The notes under the pieces were generated by a model. It was not told where the DNA came from. It searched no databases and saw only the letters and a list, made by a program, of their open reading frames with translations. This document shows, one piece after another, positions 16,309 to 26,754 of a stretch of DNA of 64,000 bases. The DNA is from Acidobacteriota bacterium (GTDB lineage Bacteria > Acidobacteriota > Blastocatellia > RBC074). Every line of letters begins with the position of its first letter. Within the stretch, counting starts at the first letter, position 1. The DNA is taken from positions 643-64,642 of the forward strand of contig JAHBSF010000012.1 of NCBI GenBank assembly GCA_019639255.1, written 5' to 3'. A program made the position numbers and the translations under genes.

Positions 16309-18576
16309 TTCCCCGCTTCAAGGTTACCCGCCATCGCGATTCTCTGTTGCGCCACTCTCGCCGTATTTGCGCATCCCCTCGGCAATTTCACCGTGAATCA
16401 TTACGCGCGCATCGCTGCCGCTCCCGAACGCGTGCAGATACGCTACGTGGTCGATCTGGCCGAAATACCCACGTTTCAGGAAGCGCGGCTTGCGGATCTG
16501 GACGGTGACGGGATGCTGTCGCAATCGGAGTTGAACGCTTATCTGTCGCGCGTGGCGCCGGATTATATAAACGGCCTGAGCCTTAAGGCGGGCGATCAAA
16601 CGATTGCGCTTTCGGTTTCGGCGCAATCCATTACGCTCGTGCCCGGCACGGCAGACCTGCCCACGATGCGCCTTGTGTTCGATCTTGTGGGCGTTGTCGG
16701 CGAGACGGATCAGCAAACGCGATTTCGGTTCGAGAACGGAAACGGGCGCGACCGTGCAGGGTGGTATGAACTGGTGGTAATTCCGCTGCCGGGCGCTGCC
16801 GTCTTCAACAGCACGATTTTCGGCAACGGCGTCACCGACGAATTGAAAGCGTATCCGGAAGACCTGCTGATGGCGCCGCTCGCCGAACGCGCAGGACAAT
16901 GGCATACGGTGCGGGGCGCAATTCCCGAGGGAGCGCAGCCGTTGAAACTGCGCGACGGCCGCACGGTTGCAGCCGCACGCGACCGGTTCGCCGAACTGAT
17001 TGCGGCGCCGCAACTGACGTTCAGCGTAGCTCTGCTCGGCGCTCTAATAGCGTTGTTTCTCGGCGCAGGCCACGCATTGACTCCGGGTCACAGCAAGGCG
17101 CTTGTGGGCGCGTATCTGATAGGCTCGCGCGGAACGGTCAAACACGCGGCTTTTCTCGGCCTCACGGTGACGATTACGCACGTAAGTTCGGCCTATGCGC
17201 TGAGCCTGCTGCTCATAGGCTTCAGCTTCCTCGCGCCTGAAAAAATACAGATCATTCCTGCAATCATCTCAAGCCTGGTAATTCTCGGCATGGGATTGAC
17301 GCTTTTTGTGCGCAGACTGCGCGCCGCAATCGAAGGAACGCAGCACTCTCATCACGATCATCACCACGAGCATCACCACGAGCATCATCATCATGATCAC
17401 CATCACGATCACCATCACGATCACCATCACGATCCCGGGCACTCGCATTTGCCTCCGGGCGCAGGCGGCGAGCCTGTCACTTGGCGGAGTCTGCTAGCGT
17501 TGGGAGTTTCGGGAGGGCTGCTGCCCTGTCCGTCGGCGATACTGGTCGTGCTGGCGGCAAACGCGCTCGGGCGCGATCTTTACGGATTGCTGCTCGTTTC
17601 GGCGTTCAGCCTCGGACTTGCGGGCGTGCTTACCGGGATCGGCATCGTATTCATAAAAGCTGGAGGTTTATTGAACGTATCATCGCGCACAGGGCGGCTG
17701 GGCCTGGTGTTGAAGTCTTTGCCCGTGGCAAGCGCAGCGTTCATAGCGGGAATTGGAATGCTGATGTTGTACCAGGCGCTCGATTCTGCAGGAGTAAACG
17801 CCGCGAGTCTTTTTGGGGAACCGCAATCGATTGCTGAAGGTGCGGGGACGGCGTCTATGTTGTCGGTGCTGGGAGTTGGTCTGGTGCTCGGGCTCAAACA
17901 TGCCGTAGAAGCCGATCATCTGGCGGCAGTTTCTGCAATCGTGAGCGAGGGCAGAAGCCTGCTCGGTTCGTCGCTTGTGGGCGGAATGTGGGGACTGGGA
18001 CACACGATCGCACTACTGATTGCCGGCATGATTGTGATATTGCTGAAAGTACAGATACCGGAGCGCGTGGCGTTGGGGCTCGAATTCTGTGTAGCGATTA
18101 TGCTTATAGGACTCGGCGTCAACGCACTTTTGAAGGTGCGACGCGGCGCCCGCCTGCACTTTCACACGCACAGGCACGGCGACATAGTGCACTCGCATCC
18201 GCATATGCACGAGGGAAATGAAGCCGATCATACACATTCGGAGAAAGCCGCCCCTCACCACCGAGTAAATCGGGGGCTGCGCCCATTGCTCGTAGGGCTC
18301 GTGCACGGTATGGCGGGCAGCGCGGCTCTGATGCTGCTTGTAATTCCGACGATTCCGTCTCCGGCGCTTGCGCTCGTATATATCGCCGTATTCGGCATCG
18401 GGTCGATAGGCGGGATGATGGCTATGAGCACGCTCGTCGGGCTTCCGATGCATCTTACGGCGCAGCGGTTCAGGCGTGCGCATATTGCGGTAAGCGCACT
18501 CGCTGCGCTCTTCAGCCTTGGCTTCGGAATCTTCCTTGCCTATGAAATCGGTTTTGTCGAGGGATTATTGAGATAA
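16252..18576 (+). CDS. three-module Ni/Co transporter fusion: periplasmic N-terminal-His/EF-hand domain, RcnA-like half with poly-His loop, NiCoT-like half
   Basis: Predicted signal cleavage VFA/HPLGNF. EF-hand loop DLDGDGMLSQSE (16495-16530). GAGHALTPGHSK (RcnA-type). 30+ residue His-rich loop. LKHAVEADHLAAV (HX4DH NiCoT signature, 17899-17919). The start is uncertain: ATG 16252 or TTG 16291, both inside repeat R5. The TAA stop lies inside repeat R6. Confidence 0.7.
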   Translation: MIRSLFVCFVYFRLFRYLSFPASRLPAIAILCCATLAVFAHPLGNFTVNHYARIAAAPERVQIRYVVDLAEIPTFQEARLADLDGDGMLSQSELNAYLSRVAPDYINGLSLKAGDQTIALSVSAQSITLVPGTADLPTMRLVFDLVGVVGETDQQTRFRFENGNGRDRAGWYELVVIPLPGAAVFNSTIFGNGVTDELKAYPEDLLMAPLAERAGQWHTVRGAIPEGAQPLKLRDGRTVAAARDRFAELIAAPQLTFSVALLGALIALFLGAGHALTPGHSKALVGAYLIGSRGTVKHAAFLGLTVTITHVSSAYALSLLLIGFSFLAPEKIQIIPAIISSLVILGMGLTLFVRRLRAAIEGTQHSHHDHHHEHHHEHHHHDHHHDHHHDHHHDPGHSHLPPGAGGEPVTWRSLLALGVSGGLLPCPSAILVVLAANALGRDLYGLLLVSAFSLGLAGVLTGIGIVFIKAGGLLNVSSRTGRLGLVLKSLPVASAAFIAGIGMLMLYQALDSAGVNAASLFGEPQSIAEGAGTASMLSVLGVGLVLGLKHAVEADHLAAVSAIVSEGRSLLGSSLVGGMWGLGHTIALLIAGMIVILLKVQIPERVALGLEFCVAIMLIGLGVNALLKVRRGARLHFHTHRHGDIVHSHPHMHEGNEADHTHSEKAAPHHRVNRGLRPLLVGLVHGMAGSAALMLLVIPTIPSPALALVYIAVFGIGSIGGMMAMSTLVGLPMHLTAQRFRRAHIAVSALAALFSLGFGIFLAYEIGFVEGLLR
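17395..17430 (+). repeat. 3 x 12-bp in-frame tandem repeat (GATCACCATCAC) encoding (DHHH)n
   Basis: Read directly. Each unit carries a GATC site. It sits within the His-rich coding stretch at about 17344-17450. Confidence 0.9.
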
Positions 18577-18663
18577 CGGAACAAACGAAATGAAACGAAA
18601 AAGACGGAAACATTCAACTTTTTCGTCTTTTTCGTTTCATTTCGTTTGTTCCGTCATCTCTCT
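18570..18663. repeat. family element R6 (near-perfect 37-bp stem)
   Basis: GAGATAACGGAACAAACGAAATGAAACGAAAAAGACG - 17-nt loop - CGTCTTTTTCGTTTCATTTCGTTTGTTCCGTCATCTC. One mismatch. Confidence 0.95.
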
Positions 18664-18667
18664 GGAA

Positions 18668-19201
18668 TCAGAAGCCTTCCATAATCGCGGTCAGGACGCT
18701 GCGAGCAAAATCGCGCGCCAGGCGGTCTGTGGCCGGCCCCTCTTCATTGAAAAACGACTGTGGGTCGCCGGTCACTTCGTATTCTGCGCGAAAGACGTAA
18801 TTCTGGTTATCGAACAGGATTTTGTTTTTCGTCTGATCGCGCAAGGTGAGCCCGACTATCAAGGTAACCTCTACAAGGCGCGCACGGCCTATATCGTCGA
18901 GCAGCACGGGCCTGAAGAAGAAGTTTCTGATCGTGCCGAGCATCACGGCGTCTGCGCCCTCGGGCGAAGACGTTACTCGCAGCGAACGCGACCGCCGAAG
19001 GGCTTCGTCGATCATTGCGGAGGTAAAACGCTGCTCCACCTTGTAGCGCAGACTGGGATTCTGGAACGGCGGAATTGCGAGCGTTTTGATGTGCTTCGGC
19101 AGCGCATCGCCGCGACCTGCCGGTTTGTAGCATTCACGATAACCGCCGCAAACAAGCAGCAGCGCAACGAGCATTACCAGTTTCAAACCACGCATGATCA
19201 A
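18668..19201 (-). CDS. lptE: LptE-like LPS-assembly lipoprotein
   Basis: Small lipoprotein (LLLVCGG lipobox) immediately downstream of leuS, matching the conserved leuS-lptE synteny of Gram-negative bacteria. Sequence similarity itself was not verified. Confidence 0.55.
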   Translation of the reverse strand: MIMRGLKLVMLVALLLVCGGYRECYKPAGRGDALPKHIKTLAIPPFQNPSLRYKVEQRFTSAMIDEALRRSRSLRVTSSPEGADAVMLGTIRNFFFRPVLLDDIGRARLVEVTLIVGLTLRDQTKNKILFDNQNYVFRAEYEVTGDPQSFFNEEGPATDRLARDFARSVLTAIMEGF

Positions 19202-19216
19202 CTTTTCCGGCCCCTC

Positions 19217-21808
19217 TTATCTCGCAACGACGTTAACGAGACGCTTCGGCACGACGATGGTTTTGACCACCTGACGGCCGTCTAGCCGCGCCTGCAGCCG
19301 ATCGTTTGCAAGCGCCATTTCGGCCAAAGAATCGTCATCGACGTCGGCTGGCGCAATCAATCGGGCTACGAGCTTGCCGTTCAACTGCACCGGGATTTCC
19401 ACTTCTTCGTCTTTTGCGAGCGCCGCGTCGAACTCCGGCCACTCGCTCGCCACAAGTATCCCCTCACCGCCGAGTGCTTCCCACAATTCCTCGGCTATGT
19501 GCGGAGTAAACGGCGCCATCAATTTGACGAGCGCAAGCAGTCCTTCCCTGATCGCAAACCTGTCTTCAACTGCTGCTTCGCCGTTCAATGCACCCTCAAA
19601 TGCGTAAAGTTCGTTGGTCAGTTCCATCAAAGCGGCGACTGCGGTGTTGAAATTCATTCGCTCGCCTATGTCGTGCGTAACGCGGCGAATGGTCTGATGC
19701 GTCTTGCGGCGCAAGGCCCGGGCCGAAGGTGAAAACTCGCCATCAAAAGCGCCGTCGAGTTTATCGCACCACCTGAAAACCAGACGCCATACGCGGTTGA
19801 GAAAACGTGATGCCCCCTCGGCTCCGGCCTCGCTCCATTCCAGATCCTTTTCCGGCGGCGCGGCGAAAAGCATAAACAGGCGCACGGTGTCCGTGCCGTA
19901 GACGCGAATCATTTCGTCCGGATCCACGGTATTTTTCCTGGACTTCGACATCTTCTCGATGCGGCCCGTTTCCACCTCGCGCCCGCAGAAGCTGCACTTC
20001 CCGTCTACAACTTCGTTCGGATATATGTAGTCGTGCTCGGGACAGCGGAAACTGGCAAGGCAGACCATTCCCTGCGTCAACAGTTTCTTTACCGGTTCGT
20101 CGAATTTCACAAGCCCCATATCGCGCATGATCTTGGTCCACAACCGCGTATAGATCAGGTGCAGCACCGCGTGTTCTATGCCGCCGATGTACTGATCCAC
20201 CGGCATCCAGTAATCTACAACCTCTGGATCGAAAGCGGCTTGCTCGTTTTGCGGATCGCAATACCTGAAGTAATACCAGGACGAATCGACGAAGGTATCC
20301 ATCGTATCGGTATCGCGGCGGGCTTCACCCTGGCATTGTGGACACGTTGCACGCGTGAACGTGGGATGTTCCGCCAGCGGCGCGCCCTGAGTATTGAAAT
20401 CCAGATCCGAGGGCAGTTCCACGGGAAGTTGATCTTCGGGCACGGCGACAATTCCGCATTTCGGGCAATGTATGAACGGCAACGGCGTGCCCCAGGCGCG
20501 CTGACGCGATACGCCCCAGTCGCGAATCTTGAAGTTGGTCTGCGGAGCGCCGAAACCCCGCGATTCGGCGTATGCGGTCATATCCGCAATCGCCTCAGGA
20601 ACTGCAAGCCCCGTATAAGGGCCGGAATTGATCAGCACGCCCGAGTCGTCTTTCGCTGTAAACGGCGCTTCAACCGGCGCGTCGTCGGGTTCCGAAGCTC
20701 CGGAGAGTTTGATTACGCGGCGTATGGGCAGCGAGTATTTGCGCGAAAACTCGAAATCGCGTTCATCGTGCGCCGGTACGGACATGATGGCGCCCGTGCC
20801 GTAACCTGTGAGCACGAAGTTCGCCGTCCAAACGGGCAAATGCTCGCCGCTGAAAGGGTTAACAACGAAAAATCCCGTTGCAACCCCCTGTTTTTCCACC
20901 CCTTCGCTGATGCGGTCTTCGCGCGCCACGGCGCGCTGGCGCTCGGTGAATTCGCACAGTTCGTTTCCCGCGCGCCCTTGCGCGATCCACCCGTCGATTA
21001 GTTCGTGTTCCGGGGCCAGTATTACGGCGTTTGCGCCGTAAATGGTGTCGATGCGCGTAGTGAAAACGCGGATTTTGCGCGACGGATCGTCGGCGAGTGC
21101 AAAATCCACTTCAGCGCCGCGGCTGCGTCCGATCCAGTTGCGCTGCATCGCCAGCACGCGATCGGGCCAGAAGCCTTCGAGCGCGTCCAGATCCTCCAGC
21201 AGTTGATCGGCGTAATCGGTGACGCGGATGAACCACTGTTCGAGCTCGCGCATTTCGACCGGAGTGTCTTCGTGCCGCCAGCAGAAACCGCCCTCGGCCT
21301 GTTCGTTCGCAAGCGAAGTGTTGCATTTTACGCACCAGTTTACGGTGGCATTCTTTCGATAAAGCAGCCCGCGCTTCCACATCTGGATGAAAAACCACTG
21401 GTTCCAGCGGTAGTATTCGGGTGTGCAGGTAGCGATTTCGCGCCGCCAGTCGTAATTGAAGCCCATGCGCTGCAACTGCGTACGCATCGTGTCGATATTT
21501 TCGAATGTCCAGCGGTCGGGCCGCTCGTTGTTTTTTATTGCGGCGTTTTCCGCCGGCATGCCGAAAGCGTCCCATCCCATCGGATGAATGACGTTAAACC
21601 CCTTCATCCGCTTGAAACACGAGAGGGCGTCGCCTATCGAATAATTTCTTACGTGTCCCATGTGAATGCGGCCCGAGGGGTAGGGCAGCATTTCCAGACA
21701 GTAAAATTTCGGGCGCGAGGAATCCACCTCGACATTGAATGTTCCTGCTTCCGCCCAACGCTTTTGCCGGCGCGGTTCAATCTCTTCGGGAAAGTATTTT
21801 TCGTTCAT
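19217..21808 (-). CDS. leuS: leucyl-tRNA synthetase
   Basis: HMGHVRNY (HIGH) and KMSKS motifs, about 860 aa. The ATG at 21808 (MNEKYFPEEIE) is preferred over the ORF maximum at 21916. Confidence 0.95.
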   Translation of the reverse strand: MNEKYFPEEIEPRRQKRWAEAGTFNVEVDSSRPKFYCLEMLPYPSGRIHMGHVRNYSIGDALSCFKRMKGFNVIHPMGWDAFGMPAENAAIKNNERPDRWTFENIDTMRTQLQRMGFNYDWRREIATCTPEYYRWNQWFFIQMWKRGLLYRKNATVNWCVKCNTSLANEQAEGGFCWRHEDTPVEMRELEQWFIRVTDYADQLLEDLDALEGFWPDRVLAMQRNWIGRSRGAEVDFALADDPSRKIRVFTTRIDTIYGANAVILAPEHELIDGWIAQGRAGNELCEFTERQRAVAREDRISEGVEKQGVATGFFVVNPFSGEHLPVWTANFVLTGYGTGAIMSVPAHDERDFEFSRKYSLPIRRVIKLSGASEPDDAPVEAPFTAKDDSGVLINSGPYTGLAVPEAIADMTAYAESRGFGAPQTNFKIRDWGVSRQRAWGTPLPFIHCPKCGIVAVPEDQLPVELPSDLDFNTQGAPLAEHPTFTRATCPQCQGEARRDTDTMDTFVDSSWYYFRYCDPQNEQAAFDPEVVDYWMPVDQYIGGIEHAVLHLIYTRLWTKIMRDMGLVKFDEPVKKLLTQGMVCLASFRCPEHDYIYPNEVVDGKCSFCGREVETGRIEKMSKSRKNTVDPDEMIRVYGTDTVRLFMLFAAPPEKDLEWSEAGAEGASRFLNRVWRLVFRWCDKLDGAFDGEFSPSARALRRKTHQTIRRVTHDIGERMNFNTAVAALMELTNELYAFEGALNGEAAVEDRFAIREGLLALVKLMAPFTPHIAEELWEALGGEGILVASEWPEFDAALAKDEEVEIPVQLNGKLVARLIAPADVDDDSLAEMALANDRLQARLDGRQVVKTIVVPKRLVNVVAR

Positions 21809-21899
21809 CAGTCCATTAAATCCTGTTTTATCGGCGAACTGCGCGCCCGCCGCACTTGCGGTCGTCGTCTCCGCGAAACGCCACAAGATAACAAATTCA

Positions 21900-21993
21900 G
21901 AGAAAATACGAAACAAACGAGATGAAAGGAAAATTAGAGATAAGTTGAGTATTTCCGTCTGATCCGTCTTTTTTCGTATGTTCCGATATCTTC
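21900..21993. repeat. family element R7 (diverged)
   Basis: GAGAAAATACGAAACAAACGAGATGAAAGG...GTTGAGTATTTCCGTCTGATCCGTCTTTTTTCGTATGTTCCGATATCTTCC. Confidence 0.75.
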
Positions 21994-22139
21994 CTGCGCC
22001 GGGTTATAATCTTTCGGGCAAAAAAATCTGTAATTACTTTAGCCCGGGCAACGTCTTAAGCCTGTTGTCGCTCAAAGCGATAAACGGTGTAGTCATATTT
22101 TTCTAAGGTTTAGTCTCAAGAGGGTTTACTAATACTTTT

Positions 22140-23408
22140 ATGGCAAGTCGCATTTCGTTGAAAGCACTCTCGATAATCCTGCCTCTGGCGGCGCTCGGCG
22201 CCTATACCGGATACCGCGTATATCAGACGCTGAAATCCGAGTCGCAGCCGTCGGCAATGGGGCGGGGCGGGCCCGGCGGACCGCGCGTTCAGACGGTGCA
22301 AACGGATGTGGTGGTGCGGGGAAGGATCGGAGAATTTGTAACGCTCACGGGGCCGCTGCGCGCAAAAGAAACGGTGGATGTGAGTCCGCGTATCGCAGGC
22401 CGCGTGACGGAGTTGAAGGTCGACACCGGACAGATGATCGAGCGCGGCGCGCTTCTGGCCCTGATCGAGGACGACGAACTGCAACAACAACTCGACCGTT
22501 CGCGCGCAAGCATCGCGGTGGTCGACGCCACGATCGCACAACGCGAGGCGGAACTGGCCAACGCCAGGGCGGAACTCGACCGCCGCAAAAACCTGGTCGC
22601 AGACGGGCTGCTCGCGCAATCGGAGCTCGATGCGGCCGAGATGCGCTACCGCGTCACATTATCTCAACTCGAACTTGCGCGCGCGCAAAAGCGGCAAAGC
22701 GAGGCCGAGCAGCGCGAACTGACGATACGCCAGGGCCAGACGCGCATCAATGCGCCTATTAGCGGCGTAATCGCCCGGCGTCAGGTAGATCTCGGCGCGC
22801 TTGTGACGCAGGCGACGCCCATAGTTACGATAGTAAACATATCGACGATGATCATGGACGCCAATGTCACCGAGCGCGACGTGGCGCGAATAAAACTCGG
22901 ATCGCAGGCGACGGTCATTATCGACAGTCTCGGCGGGCAGCCTTTTTCGGGGCGCGTGATGCGTATTGCTCCATTGCTGGACCCGCAGACGCGCAATGGT
23001 CGTGTAGAGATAGAGATTCAGAATCGCGGCGGGATACTCAAGGGAGAGATGTTTGCGCGCGTGGAACTCGATCTCGGTTCATCGCGCGAAACCATTCTGA
23101 TTCCGCGCGACGCGCTGATTTATCGCGGCGATCAGCCCGGCGTATACGATATAGAGAACGGCGCGGCGCGCTTCCGGGCGGTGGAAACCGGACTGACGCA
23201 GGAGGACAAGGTTGAAGTCCTCGGCGGTCTCGAAGCCGGCCATACTATCATCACGCGCGGCGCCAATCTGCTGAAGGACGGCGACAAGGTGCGCGTCCTC
23301 AATGCAGGCGGTCAGGGCGCTCAGGAAGGTCAGGGTGGTCCCCGGGGGCAGGGCGGACCGGGAGGGCCGGGGGGTCAGGCAGGTCAGGGGCCGCAAAGAG
23401 CAAACTGA
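22140..23408 (+). CDS. RND efflux periplasmic adaptor (HlyD/MFP family) with a Gly/Pro/Gln-rich tail
   Basis: Membrane anchor, coiled-coil hairpin, and beta-barrel segments typical of MFPs. It lies immediately upstream of the RND pump. The C-terminus reads GGQGAQEGQGGPRGQGGPGGPGGQAGQGPQ. Confidence 0.85.
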   Translation: MASRISLKALSIILPLAALGAYTGYRVYQTLKSESQPSAMGRGGPGGPRVQTVQTDVVVRGRIGEFVTLTGPLRAKETVDVSPRIAGRVTELKVDTGQMIERGALLALIEDDELQQQLDRSRASIAVVDATIAQREAELANARAELDRRKNLVADGLLAQSELDAAEMRYRVTLSQLELARAQKRQSEAEQRELTIRQGQTRINAPISGVIARRQVDLGALVTQATPIVTIVNISTMIMDANVTERDVARIKLGSQATVIIDSLGGQPFSGRVMRIAPLLDPQTRNGRVEIEIQNRGGILKGEMFARVELDLGSSRETILIPRDALIYRGDQPGVYDIENGAARFRAVETGLTQEDKVEVLGGLEAGHTIITRGANLLKDGDKVRVLNAGGQGAQEGQGGPRGQGGPGGPGGQAGQGPQRAN

Positions 23409-23526
23409 CGCCTCGTATGTGCGCGCCGGACCCGACCGTAAGATGCGGACGGGCCGCCGGCGCACCCAGGGCTTTGAATTACAAAGGGAATCACGGGAAT
23501 CATACTATCAAGGAAAGAAATAAGCG

Positions 23527-26500
23527 ATGAAGTTGTCCGAAATCTCCGTAAATCGCCCTATTACAATTTATATGGTCACCTCGGTGCTGGTGCTGCTCGG
23601 GGCGATTTCGTTTACGCGATTGCCTGTAGACCTGATGCCGGAGATACAGAATCCCACGCTTACGGTCAGAGTAGACTATACGGGTGTTGCGCCGGAAGAA
23701 GTCGAAAACCTTGTGACGCGGCCGCTTGAAGCGGCGCTGACCTCGGCGCCCGGCGTATACCGAATCAACTCGACATCGAGCGAGGGAACGAGCAGCGTTC
23801 GCGTAGAGTTCGACTGGAGCGTAGACATCGACGAGGCGGCGAACGAGGTGCGCACACGCGTTGACCGCGTGCGCGGGGCATTGCCCGAAGGCGCGCAACC
23901 GCCCGCCATTTTCAAATTCGACACCAACCAGTTTCCGATTATGTTCCTAGCGGTATCGGGCAATCTCGATCCGCGCACGATGCGCACTTTCCTCGAGGAA
24001 GACATTCAACCGCGCATTGAACGCGTACCGGGCGTTGCCGCCGTCGATATTCGCGGCGGGCTGCGCCGCGAAATCCACGTAACTCTCGCCAATGAAAAAC
24101 TGCGCTCCTACAACCTGCCCGTCGCCACCGTGGTAAACGCTCTGCGGCGCGAAAACCAGAATCGCCCCGTTGGACCGATGACCGAAGGCAGATACGAAGT
24201 GCTGCTGAGATCGCAGGGCGAGTTCCGAAACGTGGACGAAATCCGCAATGTCATAGTTGCGACGCGCAACTCGGTCCCGGTCTATCTGCGCGACGTAGCT
24301 CAGGTCGAAGACACTCACGAGGAAATCCGCCAGATCGTCCGCATCGACGATAAACCCGGCATACGTTTCTCCGTACGCAAACAATCGGGCGCAAATACGG
24401 TTGAAGTTGCATCAAATGTACGCGCTGAAATAGATCGCATACAGAAGGCATTCCCCGACATCTCGGTATGGCCGCTGATGGATTCGTCGATCTTCATCCA
24501 GCGCTCGATCAACAATATGCGCACGGCGGCCATATCCGGATCGATTCTGGCCGTGATGATTCTGCTGCTGTTTTTGCGCAATCTTCGCAGTACGCTCATC
24601 GTATCCGTATCCATTCCCGTTGCGGTCATCGGCACGTTTGCGCTGATGTACTACAACGATTTCACACTCAACACGATGTCGTTCGGCGGACTCGCGCTGG
24701 GCGTCGGCATGCTTGTAGACAACGCAATCGTTGTACTTGAGAACATATTCCGACACCGCGAGGGCGGAGCCTCGCACCGCGAGGCGGCAATAGCGGGAAG
24801 CAGCGAGGTCACTTCGGCGATAATCGCATCTACGCTCACTACCGTAGCGGTGTTCGTGCCTCTGATATTCCTGCGCGGTATGACCGGAATTATGTTCCAG
24901 CAGTTGTCTTACGTCGTCACCTTCGCGCTCGTATGTTCGCTTATGGTGGCGCTGACGCTGATTCCGGTACTGTGTTCGAAATATCTGCGCGTGCGCATGC
25001 CCGATCCGAAATCGCATCCGATACAGAACCGCATACTTTCCCTGAGCGGGCGAATGCTTGAACGCCTGGACGACAATTATCAGCGCGCAATCCACTGGTC
25101 GCTCAATAACCGCAAAACGGTGGTATTTTCGGCCGTGCTGCTGTTTGGCGCGAGTATGGCGCTGGTGCCGCTGATCGGCTTCGAGATGATGCCGGAGACC
25201 GACGAGGGCGAGGTTCGCGTCAACATCGAGCTGCCCTCGGGTACAAGAGTAGAAGTAACCGATGAGTTGACCAAAAAGCTTGAAACGATAGTAAGACGAG
25301 AGGTGCCGGAAATCGACCGCATGCTTACCGAAGTCGGCGGCGGCGGATGGATGAGCTCGCAGACGCATACATCCGAACTTCGCCTTCAGCTTGTGGACAA
25401 GAGCCAGCGCACGCGCACGAGCCAGGAGATTGCCAATTCGCTGCGCACCAAAGTCAATATTCAACCCGGCCTCATAGTGCGGGCGCGCGCCGGAAGCAAC
25501 AATCCGATGATGAGGCGCGGCATGGGGGGCGGCGCCGGCGATCGCGTCTCGGTCGAAATCAGGGGCCACGACATGCAGATGTCGTCCGATCTGGCGAAAA
25601 CCATCAAGGACATCATCGAGAGCGTGCGCGGAGTGACCGAGGCAACCGTAAGCAGGCGCGAGGGTATGCCGGAGATGATCGTTTCTGTAGATCGCGCGCG
25701 GGCTGCGAGTCTTGGCCTCAACGCCTCCGATATCTCCAATACGCTCGAAACCGTAATCGGCGGCGTACGCGCTACACAGTTCCGTCAGCGCGGCGATGAA
25801 TTCAATATTCTCGTGCGGCTCAACGAAGCCCAACGCGCCGACATTACAAAACTGAGCGATGTGCCCGTAGTTACACCAAGCGGGCTGGCGGTCCCGATCG
25901 GAAGCCTTGTGAAGGTCGAACGGCGCGAGGGGCCGGTATCGATCGAGCGCCAGGATCAGGAGCGCATCGTGCGCGTATCGGCCGGTTACGCGGATCGCGA
26001 TCTCGGTTCGATTATGGCCGATATAGACCGGGAATTGACCTCGCTTGTGCTGCCCGCCGGGTTTTCTCTCAACTACGGCGGCGAGTACGAAGAGCAGCAG
26101 AAATCCTTCAAAGAACTCCTGTTTGTGCTGATTCTCGCCATCACGCTCGTTTATATGGTGATGGCCGCGCAGTTCGAATCCATGCGCGATCCGCTGATAA
26201 TCCTCTTCTCCATACCGCTTGCCGCAATCGGCATAACGCTCGTGCTGTTTCTTACAAACACCACTTTCAACATTCAGGCCTTTATTGGCGTGATCATGCT
26301 TGCCGGCATCGTGGTCAACAACGCCATCGTGCTGATTGATTACACCAACCTGCTGAGGCGGCGCGATAACCTATTGCTGCGCCACGCGGTGGAACTCGCC
26401 GGTCGCAGGCGTCTGCGCCCGATCCTTATGACGACTCTTACCACCGTACTCGGTCTTGCACCGATGGCTCTCGGCCTAGGTGACGGCGCCGAAGTACAGG

Positions 26501-26676
26501 CGCCGATGGCGCGCGTAGTTATCGGCGGACTGCTGACCTCGACGCTTATAACGCTCGTATTCATTCCGACGATCTACACGATGATCGAGGAACGCGGCCT
26601 GCGCCAGGAACAGAAGGTTACGGATACCGAGCCGGAAGGCGTGGTCGAACCGCTGCGCCCGATCGGAGCGGATTAA
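23527..26676 (+). CDS. RND efflux transporter permease (AcrB/HAE1-like)
   Basis: 1049 aa with a 12-TM RND architecture. N-terminus [39 protein letters not shown]. Confidence 0.95.
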   Translation: MKLSEISVNRPITIYMVTSVLVLLGAISFTRLPVDLMPEIQNPTLTVRVDYTGVAPEEVENLVTRPLEAALTSAPGVYRINSTSSEGTSSVRVEFDWSVDIDEAANEVRTRVDRVRGALPEGAQPPAIFKFDTNQFPIMFLAVSGNLDPRTMRTFLEEDIQPRIERVPGVAAVDIRGGLRREIHVTLANEKLRSYNLPVATVVNALRRENQNRPVGPMTEGRYEVLLRSQGEFRNVDEIRNVIVATRNSVPVYLRDVAQVEDTHEEIRQIVRIDDKPGIRFSVRKQSGANTVEVASNVRAEIDRIQKAFPDISVWPLMDSSIFIQRSINNMRTAAISGSILAVMILLLFLRNLRSTLIVSVSIPVAVIGTFALMYYNDFTLNTMSFGGLALGVGMLVDNAIVVLENIFRHREGGASHREAAIAGSSEVTSAIIASTLTTVAVFVPLIFLRGMTGIMFQQLSYVVTFALVCSLMVALTLIPVLCSKYLRVRMPDPKSHPIQNRILSLSGRMLERLDDNYQRAIHWSLNNRKTVVFSAVLLFGASMALVPLIGFEMMPETDEGEVRVNIELPSGTRVEVTDELTKKLETIVRREVPEIDRMLTEVGGGGWMSSQTHTSELRLQLVDKSQRTRTSQEIANSLRTKVNIQPGLIVRARAGSNNPMMRRGMGGGAGDRVSVEIRGHDMQMSSDLAKTIKDIIESVRGVTEATVSRREGMPEMIVSVDRARAASLGLNASDISNTLETVIGGVRATQFRQRGDEFNILVRLNEAQRADITKLSDVPVVTPSGLAVPIGSLVKVERREGPVSIERQDQERIVRVSAGYADRDLGSIMADIDRELTSLVLPAGFSLNYGGEYEEQQKSFKELLFVLILAITLVYMVMAAQFESMRDPLIILFSIPLAAIGITLVLFLTNTTFNIQAFIGVIMLAGIVVNNAIVLIDYTNLLRRRDNLLLRHAVELAGRRRLRPILMTTLTTVLGLAPMALGLGDGAEVQAPMARVVIGGLLTSTLITLVFIPTIYTMIEERGLRQEQKVTDTEPEGVVEPLRPIGAD

Positions 26677-26754
26677 AAACGAAATAAGATGAAAACTACG
26701 GAAAACGTCAATATTTCCGTAGTTTTCGTTTCATTTCGTTTGTTCAGTTATCTC
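26677..26754. repeat. family element R8 (left outer arm missing)
   Basis: AAAACGAAATAAGATGAAAACTACGGAAAACGTCAATATTTCCGTAGTTTTCGTTTCATTTCGTTTGTTCAGTTATCTC. Begins right after the RND pump stop. Confidence 0.85.
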
